A stretch of DNA of 63,728 bases, counting the filler, from Octopus bimaculoides (lineage: Eukaryota): NCBI RefSeq assembly GCF_001194135.2. It is 4 parts of 3 records of this genome, joined end to end, with 100 filler letters (N's around TTAATTAATTAA, not from the genome) between each part and the next. Parts side by side here need not be neighbours in the genome. Positions count along the whole stretch, not along the records: positions 61,979 to 63,728 come from NW_026394898.1; 3 more parts are not named here. One strand, given 5' to 3'. Positions 61,879 through 63,728 of the stretch are shown here, in pieces (position 1 is the stretch's first letter; the number at the start of each line of letters is the position of its first letter). The notes beneath the pieces are model-generated. The model was given only the letters and a program-made list of their open reading frames with translations, was not told the origin of the DNA and did no database searches. Position numbers and translations under genes: made by a program.

Positions 61879-61978
61879 NNNNNNNNNNNNNNNNNNNNNN
61901 NNNNNNNNNNNNNNNNNNNNNNTTAATTAATTAANNNNNNNNNNNNNNNNNNNNNNNNNNNNNNNNNNNNNNNNNNNN
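61879..61978. other. Artificial scaffold linker (44N-TTAATTAATTAA-44N)
   Basis: Same construct as the other two linkers. Confidence 0.95.
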
Positions 61979-62021
61979 AGACAGACAGACAGACACACAT
62001 TCTCATTTTTATATATATAGA
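61979..62021 (-). mobile_element. Helitron-like 5' end
   Basis: Minus strand reads A|TCTATATATATAAAAATGAGAATGTGTGTCTGTCTGTCTG: 5' TC after A, followed by a (TCTG)n microsatellite, typical of non-autonomous Helitrons. Confidence 0.6.
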
Positions 62022-62459
62022 TTATAATTGTCGTTAAATATGACAGACGGTGCTGGAAATAAGAGCTAAAGTGCTCAACACACATAATTGTATACATACA
62101 TACTGACGGCCGAAATCAGCAGTCGTGATATCCCCATACCGTCGACGGTTTCAGTTTTAAGCCTCTCAGTAGAATCGGCACCACTCGCCAGATTCGGGAT
62201 AAGATCGCCACCAGTATATATGTCTACTCCATAAAAAGCTATAGATGATTTAGGGAATCGCTAATGTGTATACTTGTAATTAAGTTAGGCAGCAGTTTAA
62301 CAATGTGTCACCAAAAAGGAAAATTATAATTGTTGCTAAATATGACACAAGGTGTTAGAACACCTACAATGCTAGAAATAAGAGCTAAAGAGCTCTGATA
62401 CTGCAGTCAAAGCATGGCCTCATTCAAATGACTGAAACAAATAAAAAAATAACGATATA

Positions 62460-62620
62460 CGACGAGACGCCATACAGCTTCCGTCAGCAAAAATCAATCA
62501 CAATGTATTGATTGGTCGGTCCGGAGCTTTAGTAAAAGACACTTGCCCAAGGTGCTACGCAGTGGGACTGAACCTGAAACCACATACTTGCAAAGTGAGT
62601 TTCTTAACCACAAAACCATT
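62460..62620 (-). mobile_element. SINE head module (same as 36458-36615)
   Basis: GACACTTGCCCAAGGTGCTACGCAGTGGGACTGAACC. Confidence 0.8.
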
Positions 62621-62873
62621 AAATATGAAATAAAAAACCATGACAACACTTTGTCTTTGGTTTTCCTGGATACACGGACACACTGCTTTTCCGAGAAAAA
62701 TAACAGGATGTTCATAACCGCCCCGCCTGGAACTGTTTCTCAACCATTGTCTGCCTATAGATTCCTTTCATTCTTATTTGATCCAGGTGGACCTTCCCCA
62801 GACATTTGATGTTTGAAAGATCTTGTTATATTTTTATAATTAAATATTATTAGGAATTGTATAGTAATAATTG

Positions 62874-63218
62874 TGAAGGCGTATGGCTCTGTGGTTAGAG
62901 CGTCAGTCTCACAATTATGAGGTAGTGGTTTGATTCCCTGATTGGGCTGTGTGTTGTGTTCTTGAGCAAGGCACTTTATTTTATGTTGCTTCAGTTCACG
63001 CAGCTGTAGAAATGAGTTGCAACATCACTGGTGCCAAGCTGCATTGCATTTGCCTCTCCCTTGAATAACATCGGTGGCATGGAGACGGGCGGGAGGCTGG
63101 TATGCATGGGTGACTGCTGGTCTTCCATAAACAACTTTGCTCCGACTTATGCTTCGGAAGATAACTTTCAAGATGCAATCCCATGGTCATACATGACCGA
63201 AGGGGGTCTTTACCCCTT
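62874..63218 (+). mobile_element. tRNA-derived SINE (further family)
   Basis: GGCTCTGTGGTTAGAGCGTCAGTCTCACA...GGTTTGATTCCC, then TGTGTTCTTGAGCAAGGCACTTTA...CAGCTGTAGAAATGAGT. Confidence 0.8.
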
Positions 63219-63339
63219 ACTTTTATAACAATAATTATTTAAATATTCTGTGTATTGTACAAGTATAAGCAATTTATTGCAGACAAATTCTAACAATGAA
63301 ATCTTATATGGATCCCCAAGGGTCATATGAACCCTGGTT

Positions 63340-63620
63340 AAGAAGCCCGTCGTATATATGTATATATATATATACATGTATGTGTGTATGTGTGTTTGTG
63401 TGTCTGTGTATGTCCCCCCCCCCCAACATCGCTTGACAACCGATGCTGGTGTGTTTATGTACCCGTAACTTAGCGGTTCGGCACAAGAGACTGATAGAAT
63501 AAGTACTAGGCTTCTAAAAGAATAAGTCCTGGGGTTGATTTGCTCGACTAAAGGCGGTGCTCCAGCATGACCACAGTCAAAAGACTGAAACATGTAAAAG
63601 AGTAAAAGAGTAAAAGAGTA
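63340..63620 (+). mobile_element. Composite SINE: end of head (AGAAGCCCGTCG) + microsatellite + tail module
   Basis: Matches 36600-37095. Confidence 0.82.
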
Positions 63621-63728
63621 ATACTGTTTCTTCATAATAATTCCTTATATTTTTCGGAAACATACACGACCAATATACACTATGTATATATCGGTAAGTA
63701 TATGTATATATATATGTGTTATTTCTTT

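Noticed and set aside
62100-62125. Hammerhead-ribozyme-like strings (CTGACGGCCGAAA here; CCGATGAG...GGAAA at ~25916; CTGATGAAG at ~32326)
   Set aside because: The CUGANGA core is mismatched or stems II/III cannot be formed by eye.

Overview
Eukaryotic, AT-rich, microsatellite- and transposon-dense genomic DNA. The repeat families resemble those of cephalopods (Octopus-like); this is an inference, not a database result. The only host protein-coding gene I can support is a partial BLOC1S2 (BLOC-1 subunit 2) on the + strand. It has three phase-consistent coding exons (14992-15073, 16748-16864, 19421-19540), and its last exon(s) are not visible in the window. The rest is mobile DNA: RTE, CR1-like, RLE-type and Penelope-like retroelements; several tRNA-derived SINE families; Ty3/Gypsy LTR remnants; a DD37D Tc1/mariner; a piggyBac; a Tigger-like MITE; Helitron pieces; fold-back palindromes; and long simple repeats. 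Three artificial 100-bp linkers (44N-TTAATTAATTAA-44N) split the window into contigs. The most interesting signals are: (i) two copies of an RT-less element encoding only a gag-like ORF1, each apparently starting just downstream of an LTR TATA box inside a nested Gypsy cluster (41.2-49.3 kb); (ii) a very young element with perfect 169-bp TIRs; (iii) head-to-head tRNA-SINE and other palindromes; and (iv) a CpG-decay contrast and a split Helitron that hint at a hidden gene upstream and a possible mis-join at the linkers.
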